Below the pieces are notes generated by a model. It was given only the letters and a program-made list of their open reading frames with translations, was not told the origin of the DNA and made no database searches. The position numbers and the translations under genes were made by a program. A stretch of 64,000 bases of DNA from an uncultured Limnobacter sp. (lineage in GTDB: Bacteria > Pseudomonadota > Gammaproteobacteria > Burkholderiales > Burkholderiaceae_E): the NCBI GenBank assembly GCA_964538505.1, contig CAZIDY010000010.1, positions 10,004 through 74,003 on the forward strand, written 5' to 3'. Position 1 is the first letter of the stretch. Each line of letters starts with the position of its first letter. Of the stretch, positions 21,041 to 29,929 are shown in pieces.

Positions 21041-22039
21041 TTACTGCACGCGAAAAATCGTCGCGAGGTCGGGCGCGTCGATCGCCTGATCGAACCACTG
21101 GCCGATACGCGCAGGATCGGCCGCCGCGATGCGTTGCCGGATCTCGACTGAAACCTCGCCGAAGCGACGTTCGAGGAGACGCAGCAAAGCCGTCCTCTCG
21201 GCTTCGAGTCGCCCATGCTGCAGCCCTTCCTCGCGCCCTTCCTGCAGCCCTTTCCGATGCGCCTTGCGCTCGGCGGCTCTCGCCTTGCGTTCGAGCTCGG
21301 CCAGGATATTGTCGGGAAACATGCTCTGGACCTCCGCCAGATCGTCCGTCTCGGGAATGTTAGCTTCGGGCATCCGGTGCCGCAATCGACGGTTCAGCCA
21401 GATCGCGAAGCCACGCCGCAGGCGCCGGTGCTCCTCGCCCGAGAGCCACTCGAGCAGGTGCGCGATCACCGTGCGGAAGTCCGCTGATGTGCGCGCCGCC
21501 TCCAGCCGGAACAGCGCGCCGGCCAGGTTGCGCAGCGGCAGCTCCGCCATGGCCAGGCGCCGCTCGTCGATCAACAGGTAGCGCGCCTGCGTCCGGTACG
21601 GCGCGAGCCCCGGCGGCGACGCGAGCAGGAGCGCATCGAGTTCGAGCGACGAGCGCCACGGCGCCTGCCCGTTGTAGAGCACGATCGGCAGCACCGCGGG
21701 CAGTCGGCCCCCGGGGCCGATCTCCCTGCGGGCAACGAGATCCTGGTACAGCAGCCCGACATAGACGTGGATGCGCAGCGCCATCCACGGATCGGAGGAC
21801 GACTGGAACTCGAGCAGCAGATAGACGTAGAACCACTCGCCGCGCAGGCGGATCTTCCAGACCATGTCGTCGTGGCGAGCGCGCAGATCGTCGCCGACGT
21901 AGCTGGCGTTGACCCGGCAAAGGCTCGTGAAGTCGGCCGACTTCACCCATTCGTGGCCGACGAAGCCGAGCAGCAGGTCGCGCATCATCTCGGGCGCGGT
22001 GAACAGCCGCTTGTAGCCGGCGTCGTGATCGTGGGGCAT
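21041..22039 (-). CDS. Rpn-family recombination-promoting nuclease / putative transposase, third paralog (intact)
   Basis: Internal start MPHDHDAGYKRLFTAPEMMRDLLLGF (cat at 22037..22039). Colinear with copy 1 but has only a vestigial repeat (KGLQEGREEGLQHGRLEAE). Confidence 0.8.
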   Translation of the reverse strand: MPHDHDAGYKRLFTAPEMMRDLLLGFVGHEWVKSADFTSLCRVNASYVGDDLRARHDDMVWKIRLRGEWFYVYLLLEFQSSSDPWMALRIHVYVGLLYQDLVARREIGPGGRLPAVLPIVLYNGQAPWRSSLELDALLLASPPGLAPYRTQARYLLIDERRLAMAELPLRNLAGALFRLEAARTSADFRTVIAHLLEWLSGEEHRRLRRGFAIWLNRRLRHRMPEANIPETDDLAEVQSMFPDNILAELERKARAAERKAHRKGLQEGREEGLQHGRLEAERTALLRLLERRFGEVSVEIRQRIAAADPARIGQWFDQAIDAPDLATIFRVQ

Positions 22040-22115
22040 CAACGCACGGTAGCGCGCAGCGGCGCGACGCGGTATCGGCCTCGTGCATCGGCCGTTCGTA
22101 CCGATCAGTCGAACG

Positions 22116-22586
22116 CTACGCGATCCACTTCGACATCGCCGTGAACGCTCCAAGCGCGACGACGACGATTCCGCCCAGGCGAATCGTCAGCCGCGGTTCG
22201 ATCTGGCGCATTTCCGCGCGCATCGACTCGAACCCCAGGTCGATGTCCGAACGCATCTCCTGCAGGTCAGCCTTGACTTCGCTGCGAAACGATCGCTGAT
22301 TCGACTCGGCGTCACTCCGAAACAACTGCAATTCGGATCGAACTTCGCCACGGAAGTCCTGCATCTCGAAGCGAAAACCCGCGCGAAGCTCGTCGACCGC
22401 ATCGCGAAGGTCGCGCTTCGTCGCGAATTCCGAGAGCGTCTCCTGCAGCGCCTGCGATACCGCCTTCGCCTGCACTTCGGGCAGGCCACCTTCACGCAGC
22501 GTCTCGGACAGCTTCAGCGTGTCGAAGTTCGCGCCCGACAAGGGAAACCCCTGCGATTCCGTTCCCAGGGAATTGTATCGCCCCAT
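22116..22586 (-). CDS. DUF1640-like coiled-coil protein with a C-terminal membrane anchor
   Basis: FDTLKLSETLREGGLPEVQAKAVSQAL, then heptad-like repeats, then LTIRLGGIVVVALGAFTAMSKW. Two paralogs lie at 25.2 and 26.8 kb. Confidence 0.6.
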   Translation of the reverse strand: MGRYNSLGTESQGFPLSGANFDTLKLSETLREGGLPEVQAKAVSQALQETLSEFATKRDLRDAVDELRAGFRFEMQDFRGEVRSELQLFRSDAESNQRSFRSEVKADLQEMRSDIDLGFESMRAEMRQIEPRLTIRLGGIVVVALGAFTAMSKWIA

Positions 22587-22619
22587 GTCGGTCGCGGCAT
22601 CGACTGCGAGGCTCAGCCG

Positions 22620-23410
22620 AACGTTATTGCCGCGCGCGGAACGTGCTCAGATGAGCGGAGCCACCTCTCCTCTCCAGATCCACATCGACCACGGTCCGGT
22701 AGCCGTCCTGCACGTACTGCCGTGCACGGAGCACTGCGTCATGCGCACGGCGTCCCGGCGGAAGCCGTAGCTGTGATCGGAGAAGATCGGATCGATCGAC
22801 AGGCCATCCACCCCGGCACCGCCGCGATTGGCTTTGACGCGTTCCCACGCCACCACCAGATTCGCTCTCGCGAGCGCCTGCGTAAGCAGGCTGCCCCGCC
22901 CCGAGCCTTCGGCTCCGTCCCGCGCCATCGGTGCTTCGTCGCGCATCGCTTGCGCTCGGGCTTCACCTCACGCTGCACGCTGCGCCCCGGTTGCCCGGGC
23001 TTCTGACGCCTTGCACTTCCAAGCGACACGGTCGTTCGGCTCTTCCACTCGTTCGGCCCTTCGCCCCATACCGGCGGCTATTACGACCTCTGCTGACTTC
23101 TCGCTCCGGGTCATCCCCGTCGGCCTTTCAGCCGCAAGGCGAGATCTCCCCAGGTAAGAACGCACTCCTTCGCTGCACAGCCGCCGGATCTACGCCGTCT
23201 CGCCTTGATCACGAGAGCTTCGCGGTTTCTGGCCCGCTCGCCCTGCTCAGCAACGCGTTGTATCCGGTTCTTGTCCATCGGCTCGCAGCTTATGGTCCGC
23301 GCTTCCTTCCCACGCTCGGTCGCCCTCACGCAGTTGCGCTTCGCTTCGTTCGCTGTGATCAACTTACGACGGGACTTGCACCCGCAGGAATGCGCCCGTG
23401 CCGGGTGCAC
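22620..23410 (-). mobile_element. 5' fragment of a group II intron (ribozyme domains plus a truncated, frameshifted reverse transcriptase/maturase)
   Basis: The minus strand begins GTGCACCCGGCACGGGCGCA at 23410. ORF 22647..22946 encodes LLTQALARANLVVAWERVKANRGGAGVDGLSID...SYGFR, an intron-encoded RT N-terminus. The next RT block (RRAHDAVLRARQYVQDGYRTVVDVDLE) sits in another frame (ORF 22624..22848) and then ends. Confidence 0.7.
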
Positions 23411-23413
23411 CAC

Positions 23414-23441
23414 GACAAAGGGCGCGGCAGAGCCGCGCCCG
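23414..23441 (-). terminator. rho-independent terminator of pilA
   Basis: Minus strand: GGGCGCGGC-TCTG-CCGCGCCC followed by TTTGTCG, about 45 nt after the pilA stop. Confidence 0.7.
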
Positions 23442-23483
23442 AAGGAGCTAGACGTTAGCTACCGCCCGCCCGCTGATCTCAAG

Positions 23484-23954
23484 TTATGCGCGACACTGGG
23501 CCGGACGATACTTCGCCGCCAACGATCCCGTAGTGCAAGCCCACTCAATTGAACCGCCGCTCGGAATCGTCGAAGCAGTCCCTGTACCAGCCAGAGCAGC
23601 ACCACCAGAGGTCGGCACAAGAATAATGGTGTCGGTACCACCGCCAATCGACCCATCAAAGGTAATGGTAATCGCCCCAGTAGCTGTGGCGACAGCAATC
23701 GAAGCAACGTTGCCGGTCGCAGAAGGGGCCGTATAGCCGGAAGCAAACGGTTTGCCGTTCGCTGCGTTCTCAGCGACCGCAACTTTCGCCGCCGCGGCAA
23801 GGGCAAGGCCTTCACTGACCTTAGCGCGCACGGTGTAGTCCTGATACGCCGGCAGCGCCACCGCCGCCAGAATCCCGATAATTGCCACGACGATCATCAA
23901 CTCGATCAGCGTGAAGCCCTTCTGCACCTGCTTGCGAACCTGAGTCATCTTCAT
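23484..23954 (-). CDS. pilA: type IVa major pilin
   Basis: [13 protein letters not shown]|[27 protein letters not shown] has a class III signal peptide and a conserved N-terminal helix. There is a C-terminal Cys pair (WAC...AQC) and a GAGGAG RBS. Confidence 0.9.
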   Translation of the reverse strand: MKMTQVRKQVQKGFTLIELMIVVAIIGILAAVALPAYQDYTVRAKVSEGLALAAAAKVAVAENAANGKPFASGYTAPSATGNVASIAVATATGAITITFDGSIGGGTDTIILVPTSGGAALAGTGTASTIPSGGSIEWACTTGSLAAKYRPAQCRA

Positions 23955-24012
23955 CTCGAACTCCTCGATGGGTGATTGAGTCGGCCGAGGTCGTCGGCTC
24001 GTACCCAATGAC

Positions 24013-24027
24013 GCAGGCACCATGCCA
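24013..24027 (-). promoter_or_regulatory. sigma54 (-24/-12) promoter candidate for pilA
   Basis: Minus strand TGGCAT-GGTGC-CTGC against the consensus TGGCAC-N5-TTGC. The -12 element lies about 58 nt upstream of the pilA ATG. Confidence 0.6.
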
Positions 24028-24315
24028 TTGGGGATCGTCGGCCGATTAGCGGCGATGAACGGCTGCACCGGGAAGACGAGCGTGAAGTAGTTCACATCCG
24101 TCGAAAACATCGCGAAGCGTAAGGCCCTTCGCCGTGCCCTGCTTGGTAATTCATCCGGAACCGACTGACGCTGCGCGTCACCAGCAGTGACACTCTTCAT
24201 CACCCAGCCGGCGATCATCCCAGCCCCATAAGCGCACCGCCAGAGGTTCCTTTGCCCGCCGGCGCGCCGGATCGCGCGAGCATGCGATACGGATACCGAC
24301 CGCCGGGAGGAAACG

Positions 24316-25032
24316 ATGCCGATCCTGAACGTCCCACTGCTTCGCAAGGAAGCGATCGCGCGCGAAACGATGGCCTTCTATTTCGAGAAGCCGAAGGATT
24401 TCGAGTTTCGCGCCGGGCAGTTTGGCGACCTCACGCTGATCGATCCGCCTGAAACCGACGCCGAGGGCAACGTCCGCGGCTTCTCGTTCATCACCGCGCC
24501 GTACGAATCCGAAATCGGCGTCGCCACGCGGCTGCGCGACACGGCGTACAAGCGCGTCCTGCGCAACCTTGCACCCGGCAGCGAAGTGAAGCTCGACGCT
24601 CCGTACGGCGACTTCACGCTGCATCGCAAGGAGAGCCGTCCGGCGGTGTTCGTCATCGGCGGCATCGGCGTGACGCCGGTGCGCAGCATGATTGCGCAGG
24701 CCACGCACGATCACACCGGGCACCACATAACGCTGCTGCACGCGAACCGCACGAGCGACGACGCGCCGTTCCAGGGCGATTTCCTGCGCTTCGCTGAACA
24801 AAACGCGAACTTCCGCTTCGTGCCCGTGCTCACCGCTTCGGTGCCGGCTGCGTGGAAGGGCGAGCGCGGTCGCATTGCCGCGGAGACGATCCGGCGCTGG
24901 GTGCCCGAGCTCGCCGAGCCGATCTGGTATCTGTCAGGCCCGGAAGGGATGGTGAAGGCGACGCGTCGCCTGCTCGTCGAGCTGGCGGTCGACGAAGACG
25001 ACATCCGCACCGAGGAGTTTGCGGGGTATTGA
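24316..25032 (+). CDS. ferredoxin-NADP reductase-like FAD/NAD(P)-binding oxidoreductase
   Basis: RGFSF (an R-x-Y-S-type FAD motif) and [15 protein letters not shown] (NAD(P)-binding GGxGxxP). 238 aa. Confidence 0.75.
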   Translation: MPILNVPLLRKEAIARETMAFYFEKPKDFEFRAGQFGDLTLIDPPETDAEGNVRGFSFITAPYESEIGVATRLRDTAYKRVLRNLAPGSEVKLDAPYGDFTLHRKESRPAVFVIGGIGVTPVRSMIAQATHDHTGHHITLLHANRTSDDAPFQGDFLRFAEQNANFRFVPVLTASVPAAWKGERGRIAAETIRRWVPELAEPIWYLSGPEGMVKATRRLLVELAVDEDDIRTEEFAGY

Positions 25033-25149
25033 GGGGTCCTGCTGCGCTGCTCCCGTCGCCGCCGCGCCGCCTCGCACACCCGCTCGGGCTGATGGAGCGA
25101 TATTCGCTCTGTAAAACGAGCATTTCCGTTCGCAGAATCGGCTCCACGA

Positions 25150-25536
25150 ATGGGATCGCTCGGAATACGAGCGGCAGCGCCCGACGATAAGATTGGCAAA
25201 GCAGGCAGCAACCAGACCAGCGACGAACCGATCTGTCACAGAACGCCAGCCCCTGCACATGAGCAGCGCTTCGACACCCTTCAGTTCGTCGAAACCCTTC
25301 AGGAAGCCGGAGTTCCGGAGATCCAGGCCAAGGCGATTTCGAAGGCCGTGCGCAACGCCTACGATACGGCCGAACCGGTCACGAAGACGGACCTGCGCGA
25401 AGCGGTATCAGAATTGCGGGCGGAGATCCGGGAGCTCGACTCCAGGATGGACAAGCTCGGGTTGCAGCTGACCATCCGGCTCGGTGGGCTCGTTGTCATT
25501 GCGCTCGTACTTCAGTCGCTCTCCCCGCCGACTTAA
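25150..25536 (+). CDS. DUF1640-like protein, short paralog (start uncertain)
   Basis: FDTLQFVETLQEAGVPEIQAKAISKAVRNAYD...KLGLQLTIRLGGLVVIAL. The first ATG/GTG in frame is at 25150, which gives an unusually long N-terminus. Confidence 0.5.
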   Translation: MGSLGIRAAAPDDKIGKAGSNQTSDEPICHRTPAPAHEQRFDTLQFVETLQEAGVPEIQAKAISKAVRNAYDTAEPVTKTDLREAVSELRAEIRELDSRMDKLGLQLTIRLGGLVVIALVLQSLSPPT

Positions 25537-25955
25537 CCCACCCGAAACGGGTTCTGGACGAGAAGTTGCCCACGCAGGCGATGACCGTGACTGAAATCCT
25601 CGGTGTAGAGGATCTCGCAGTGGCTACGCAATGCTGCTTCTGCAATGAGCGCATCGAACCAGGACAATCGCTCGACGACCGCCAGTTCATGCGCATCCAG
25701 CACCAGACCTGGATGGGTGACGACGACTTCGAAGCTCGCCAGAGCTTCGAGCGCGATGCGGACGTCTTTCGGCGAAAGGGCGGGAACGAGTTTCCGCGAC
25801 AGTACCGCACGCAGCTCGATCATCACCTGCGTGCTGATGACGATGTCGTGCTCACTGGCCAGGTCGCGTAGCAAACGCGAAACAAGCGCGGTCTTGTCCG
25901 GTTGCCGACGATCCAGCCTGTACACCCAGAGATTCGTGTCGACGAAGACGCGCAT
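25533..25955 (-). CDS. vapC: PIN-domain toxin (VapC family)
   Basis: MRVFVDTNLWVYRL...IEL...WFDALIAEAA...YTEDF carries the four acidic PIN positions. The ORF is open to 25973. Confidence 0.8.
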   Translation of the reverse strand: MRVFVDTNLWVYRLDRRQPDKTALVSRLLRDLASEHDIVISTQVMIELRAVLSRKLVPALSPKDVRIALEALASFEVVVTHPGLVLDAHELAVVERLSWFDALIAEAALRSHCEILYTEDFSHGHRLRGQLLVQNPFRVG

Positions 25956-25969
25956 CGCGGCGCGAAATC

Positions 25970-26196
25970 TCAACGTTCGTGCAGCGATTCGCGCGACCAG
26001 CTCTCTGAACTGCGCGAGGCGTTGCGCTTTGCGAGGGAATCGAGCGTGTCCAATGCCTCGTGCTGTCGAGTGCGGGCGTCGACGTAGCGGATCAGGAACT
26101 CCCGCACGAGCGCATTGACCGATGTCTGTTCGCGTACGGCCGCCTCCCGCGCTTTCTGCAGGAGGTTGTCATCGATGCTCAGGGTCAGATTCGCCA
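25970..26196 (-). CDS. antitoxin of the adjacent PIN toxin (RHH/VapB-like)
   Basis: MANLTLSIDDNLLQKAREAAVREQTSVNALVREFL, 75 aa, immediately upstream of and overlapping the PIN ORF. Confidence 0.7.
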
Positions 26197-26229
26197 TCTT
26201 GGGCAGTGTAGCACGTAACCCGTGCTCCG

Positions 26230-26572
26230 ACGGCGAAGGGCAGCGATCAGACAGCGCCGAGGCGCATGGACCGCTACGCCTGGAACGCTGGCTTCGCCCG
26301 CATCCAGTTCGTCCGAACGCCGGTTCCTGATGCACATCGTCGACGATACGGAGCCGGCGCTTTCGCACCGCCCTGAGAATCGCCGATTCACCGGGACGGT
26401 TGGCATCCGGCGCAACCTCGTCCAGCACGGTGCGCGTCGTCGTAACGCTCCCCAGCAACGCGTGCAGCCAGCCGAATCCATCGATGATCGCAAGCGCGAT
26501 CAACGGACTCGCATCCGCCAGAACGAGCCCGCTGCGAGACACGCGTTCGCTCAACGCTCCCGCTCGAGCCAC
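26230..26572 (-). pseudogene. DUF3368-type PIN-like toxin remnant (frameshifted and truncated)
   Basis: SGLVLADASPLIALAIIDGFGWLHALLGSVTTTRTVLDEV resembles a DUF3368 N-terminus. The expected LDAGEA block (ELDAGEAS) lies in a different frame (ORF 26185..26493). Upstream at 26573..26650, only a short C-terminal piece of a possible UPF0175-like antitoxin (..TLREDIEDLEAWLERER) is readable. Confidence 0.5.
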
Positions 26573-26761
26573 GCTTCGAGGTCTTCGATGTCCTCACGCA
26601 ACGTGACGGCATCACCGTGTTGTAGACGAAGCATCGTGATCCACTTGAAGAACAACTCCAGTGGGCTACCCTGCTACCCGCTACCGCACGTTGCATTCTC
26701 GGCCGTTGAACGAATTCGACGGGGGGAAACGCAACATTCCGTCGCGGGACTTCCGCAGCGG

Positions 26762-27133
26762 ATGTCGCCGAGTTTTGATTTGGAGATGGCGCTGCACCAT
26801 GCGCCCGAAGGCGTCGAAACCCTTCAGGAAGCCGGAGTTCCGGAGATCCAGGCCAAGGCGATCTCGAAGGCCGTGCGCAACGCCTACGACACGGCCGAAC
26901 CGGTCACGAAGACGGACCTGCGCGAAGCGGTGTCGGAGTTGCGGGGAGAGACGCAGACATTGGGCGCCGATCTGCGATCCGAAATCCAGCGGCTCGACTC
27001 GAAGCTGGAAAGCCTCAACGCGAAATTCGACTCGAAGATCGACAAGCTCGGGCTGCAGTTGACTATCCGGCTCGGGGGGCTCGTCGTCGTTGCAGTCGGC
27101 ACCCTGATGACGCTGTCGAAGTGGGGCTCCTGA
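26762..27133 (+). CDS. DUF1640-like coiled-coil protein with a C-terminal membrane anchor
   Basis: VETLQEAGVPEIQAKAISKAVRNAYDTAEPVTKTDLREAVSELRGE...KLGLQLTIRLGGLVVVAVGTLMTLSKW. Start at ATG 26762 or 26786. Confidence 0.6.
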   Translation: MSPSFDLEMALHHAPEGVETLQEAGVPEIQAKAISKAVRNAYDTAEPVTKTDLREAVSELRGETQTLGADLRSEIQRLDSKLESLNAKFDSKIDKLGLQLTIRLGGLVVVAVGTLMTLSKWGS

Positions 27134-27146
27134 GAACGATCCCAGG

Positions 27147-27911
27147 CTACAACTCCAGCACATCCCCCCGCTCCAGCATCCTCGGCGAGAACCTCCCCGC
27201 CCACGCCCCCACCTCGCGCGCGATCGTCTCCCGATCCGAAGGCTTCAGATGCGTGATCAGGATCTCCGGATCGCGCTGCAGCTTCGCCAACTCCTGCCCC
27301 AGCTGGATCGGGAACAGATGCTTCGCCGTCACCGCCAGGTCCTGGTCGCGATTCGCGAAGGCCGTCTCGATGATCAGATACTTCAGGTTCGGCACGCCGT
27401 TCACCTGTCGCCAGAACTCGTCGTTCGGCCCGGTGTCGCCCGAGAAGACGAGCGCGGCGTCCTCGGAATACGCATGAAAAGCCAGCGCCGGCACCGTATG
27501 GCTCGCCGCCAGGCTTCGCACCCAGCGCCCATCCAGCTCGACGATCGATCCGATCGACAGCGGCTCGAACACCATCCACGGCCGGTCGTAGTGCGGGATC
27601 TCGGTGAAATCCGGCCAGATCACCCAGTTGAAGATGTGCGCCTTCAGCGCGGCAATCGTCTCCGGCAGCGCATGCACGACGATCGGTTTCGCGCGCAGCC
27701 CGCCCACTGAATCGACGAGCAGCGGCAATGCTGCGACGTGGTCGAGATGCGAGTGCGTGAGGAAGACGTGGTCGATCGCCGCCAGCTCCTCTACCGAGAG
27801 GTCTTCGACGCCGGTGCCCGCGTCAAGGAGGATGTCGTGGTCGACCAGGAAAGACGTCGTCCGGGCGCGCGCGCCGATGCCCCCGCTACAGCCCAGGACT
27901 CGAACCTTCAT
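27147..27911 (-). CDS. class II 3',5'-cyclic-nucleotide phosphodiesterase (MBL fold)
   Basis: MKVRVLGCSGG...FLTHSHLDHV...SGDTG resembles class II cAMP phosphodiesterases. Overlaps the 3' end of the upstream cyclase gene. Confidence 0.8.
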   Translation of the reverse strand: MKVRVLGCSGGIGARARTTSFLVDHDILLDAGTGVEDLSVEELAAIDHVFLTHSHLDHVAALPLLVDSVGGLRAKPIVVHALPETIAALKAHIFNWVIWPDFTEIPHYDRPWMVFEPLSIGSIVELDGRWVRSLAASHTVPALAFHAYSEDAALVFSGDTGPNDEFWRQVNGVPNLKYLIIETAFANRDQDLAVTAKHLFPIQLGQELAKLQRDPEILITHLKPSDRETIAREVGAWAGRFSPRMLERGDVLEL

Positions 27912-29913
27912 GAAGGCTTTCCGTGGCTCTCTCGTTCGCCGCTATGGATACGGGCATCGGAATCGTGGGACGGCCCTTGCGCTCGACATCGTCGTCTTCC
28001 GGGTTGCCCGGCACGAAGACGCGGACCGATTCGGTTCGGCCGGCGATCGTCGTGCGCGCGAGTTCGCGGAAGCGTTGGAGCCGGCATCGCCGTGCCGTGG
28101 TTTCCCCGACGATGATCGGCACTTCGTAGCGTCGGGTCAAACTTTCCAGACGGGAGGCGAGATTCACGGCATCGCCGATCACCGTGTAGGCGCGGCGCAG
28201 CTTCGAGCCCATGTCGCCGACGCGGACGACGCCGGTGTTGATGCCGATGCCGACGGCCAGCGGCGGAAGCCCGCGCGCAACGAAGTCGGCCGACAGGCGC
28301 GCAACCTCGCGCTGCATCGCCTGCGCGGCCGCGACAGCGTGTTCGGCATGCTCCGGATCGTCGACCGGTGCCCCCCAGAATGCCATCACGGCATCGCCCA
28401 TGTACTTGTCGACGGTGCCGCGGTACGCGTGGATCACCTCGGTCATCGCAGTGAGGAAAGTGTTGATGTACTCGCGCAGCGGCTCGGGCTGCATCGTCTC
28501 GGCGATGCGCGTGAAACCGCGGATGTCGGCGAAGAGGATCGTCAGCTCGCGGTTGCTGCTCTCGACGACGCTCCAGTTCACCGGGTCGTTTGCCATCTGC
28601 TCGACGAGCGCCGGCGACACATACTCGCCGAAGCGCTGCAGCACTGCACGCCGCGCCCGTCCCTCGGCGAACCAGCCGACGACGAGGTTGAATACGCCGA
28701 GCACGAGGATCGCCGCGATCGAGGCGGCGATCGGCAATACGAGCCCGAAGTTCGAGAACGCGATCGCGTTCGCGCCGAACAGCGCGAGCACGGCGACCGA
28801 GCACGCGGTCACTGCACCGAACACGCCGACCGCCGGCAGCACGAGCGCGAGCAGTCCGCCGGCGAGCACCGTCGATAACGCTCCGATCACGCTGGCCGCT
28901 TCGGGGCGCTGCTGCAGGCGTCCGTCGAGCGCACCGGCGATCAATGCCGCATGGATCTCCACGCCGGGAAACACTTCGCTGACCGGCGTGGCGCGCAGAT
29001 CGGTCTGCCCGGGTGCAGTCGTGCCGACCAGCACGATGCGATCGTGCAGGCGCGTCCAGTCGACGTTGCCGGCGAGCACGTCGCCCGCCGACAGGTAGCC
29101 GAAGTGTCCGCCGTCGGGTCCGCCGCGTCCCGTCACGGGCGCCATCGCCGTGAAGCCCACCGAGACCGGCAGATTGACGCGCGCACGCTCGCCGGCGATC
29201 GTCATCGTGTCCGAGCGCGCACGCACTTCCACCGAGCCGTTGCCCAGGTACTCGCGCAGCACGGCCACGGCGAGCGACTCGTAGACGCCGTCGCCGTAGC
29301 GCGCCAGCAGCGGCAGGGCACGGATGACGCCGTCCGGGTCGATATCGGCGCCGAGGAAAGGATTGAAGAACCCCGACGCACGTGCCGCGTGCTGCAGCGG
29401 CGCAAGGTTGGCGCCGTAGCCGGTGGCGTAGGTCACGCGTTCGCGCAATGCGTCGGCCGCTTCGCCGGCGAAGAGCGGCGTCGGCAGCGCACCGCTCGTC
29501 TGTCCGCCCCGGTTGCTCGTGAAGTAGTAGCCGAGCACGACGGGACGGTCCGCCAATGCCTGCGCGAGTCGCGCATCGTCGTCGCCGTCCGCCTGCTTCT
29601 CGGCGAACACGACATCGAAGCCGATCACCGCCGGCCGGCCGTTCTCGGCGAGCGTGTCGACCAGTTGCGCGATCTTTGCGCGATCCCACGGCCAGCGACC
29701 ATGCTGGCCGAGGCTGCGCTCGTCGATGTCGACGATGACGATGCGCTCGTCGAGCACCGGTGCGAGGCTGCGCAACCGACCGTCGTAGAGATCGCGGTCG
29801 AGCGCGCCCAGGCTGCCCATGCGCAGCAGCCCGAGATCCGCCGAGACGAACAGGAACACGATCGCCAGGCCGGCGATCGCACGCAGGAGACGGGACCGCT
29901 GCAGCGGCGTCAT
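27886..29913 (-). CDS. CHASE2 sensor domain-containing class III adenylate/guanylate cyclase
   Basis: N-terminal TM segment followed by a CHASE2-like periplasmic region (VIVDIDERSLGQHGRWPWDR), three or more TM segments, then the cyclase core FADIRGFTRIAE...VDKYMGDAVMAFWGAP...GINTG...IGDAVNLASRLE. Start at MTPLQRS (cat at 29911..29913). Confidence 0.85.
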   Translation of the reverse strand: MTPLQRSRLLRAIAGLAIVFLFVSADLGLLRMGSLGALDRDLYDGRLRSLAPVLDERIVIVDIDERSLGQHGRWPWDRAKIAQLVDTLAENGRPAVIGFDVVFAEKQADGDDDARLAQALADRPVVLGYYFTSNRGGQTSGALPTPLFAGEAADALRERVTYATGYGANLAPLQHAARASGFFNPFLGADIDPDGVIRALPLLARYGDGVYESLAVAVLREYLGNGSVEVRARSDTMTIAGERARVNLPVSVGFTAMAPVTGRGGPDGGHFGYLSAGDVLAGNVDWTRLHDRIVLVGTTAPGQTDLRATPVSEVFPGVEIHAALIAGALDGRLQQRPEAASVIGALSTVLAGGLLALVLPAVGVFGAVTACSVAVLALFGANAIAFSNFGLVLPIAASIAAILVLGVFNLVVGWFAEGRARRAVLQRFGEYVSPALVEQMANDPVNWSVVESSNRELTILFADIRGFTRIAETMQPEPLREYINTFLTAMTEVIHAYRGTVDKYMGDAVMAFWGAPVDDPEHAEHAVAAAQAMQREVARLSADFVARGLPPLAVGIGINTGVVRVGDMGSKLRRAYTVIGDAVNLASRLESLTRRYEVPIIVGETTARRCRLQRFRELARTTIAGRTESVRVFVPGNPEDDDVERKGRPTIPMPVSIAANERATESLHEGSSPGL

Positions 29914-29929
29914 CGCACGGCCCGGTGCG

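Noticed and set aside
22647-22946. Intact reverse transcriptase gene
   Set aside because: Only the first ~60 conserved residues are in this frame. The next RT block is in another frame and the remaining RT, maturase and ribozyme domains V-VI are missing. Called as an intron remnant instead.
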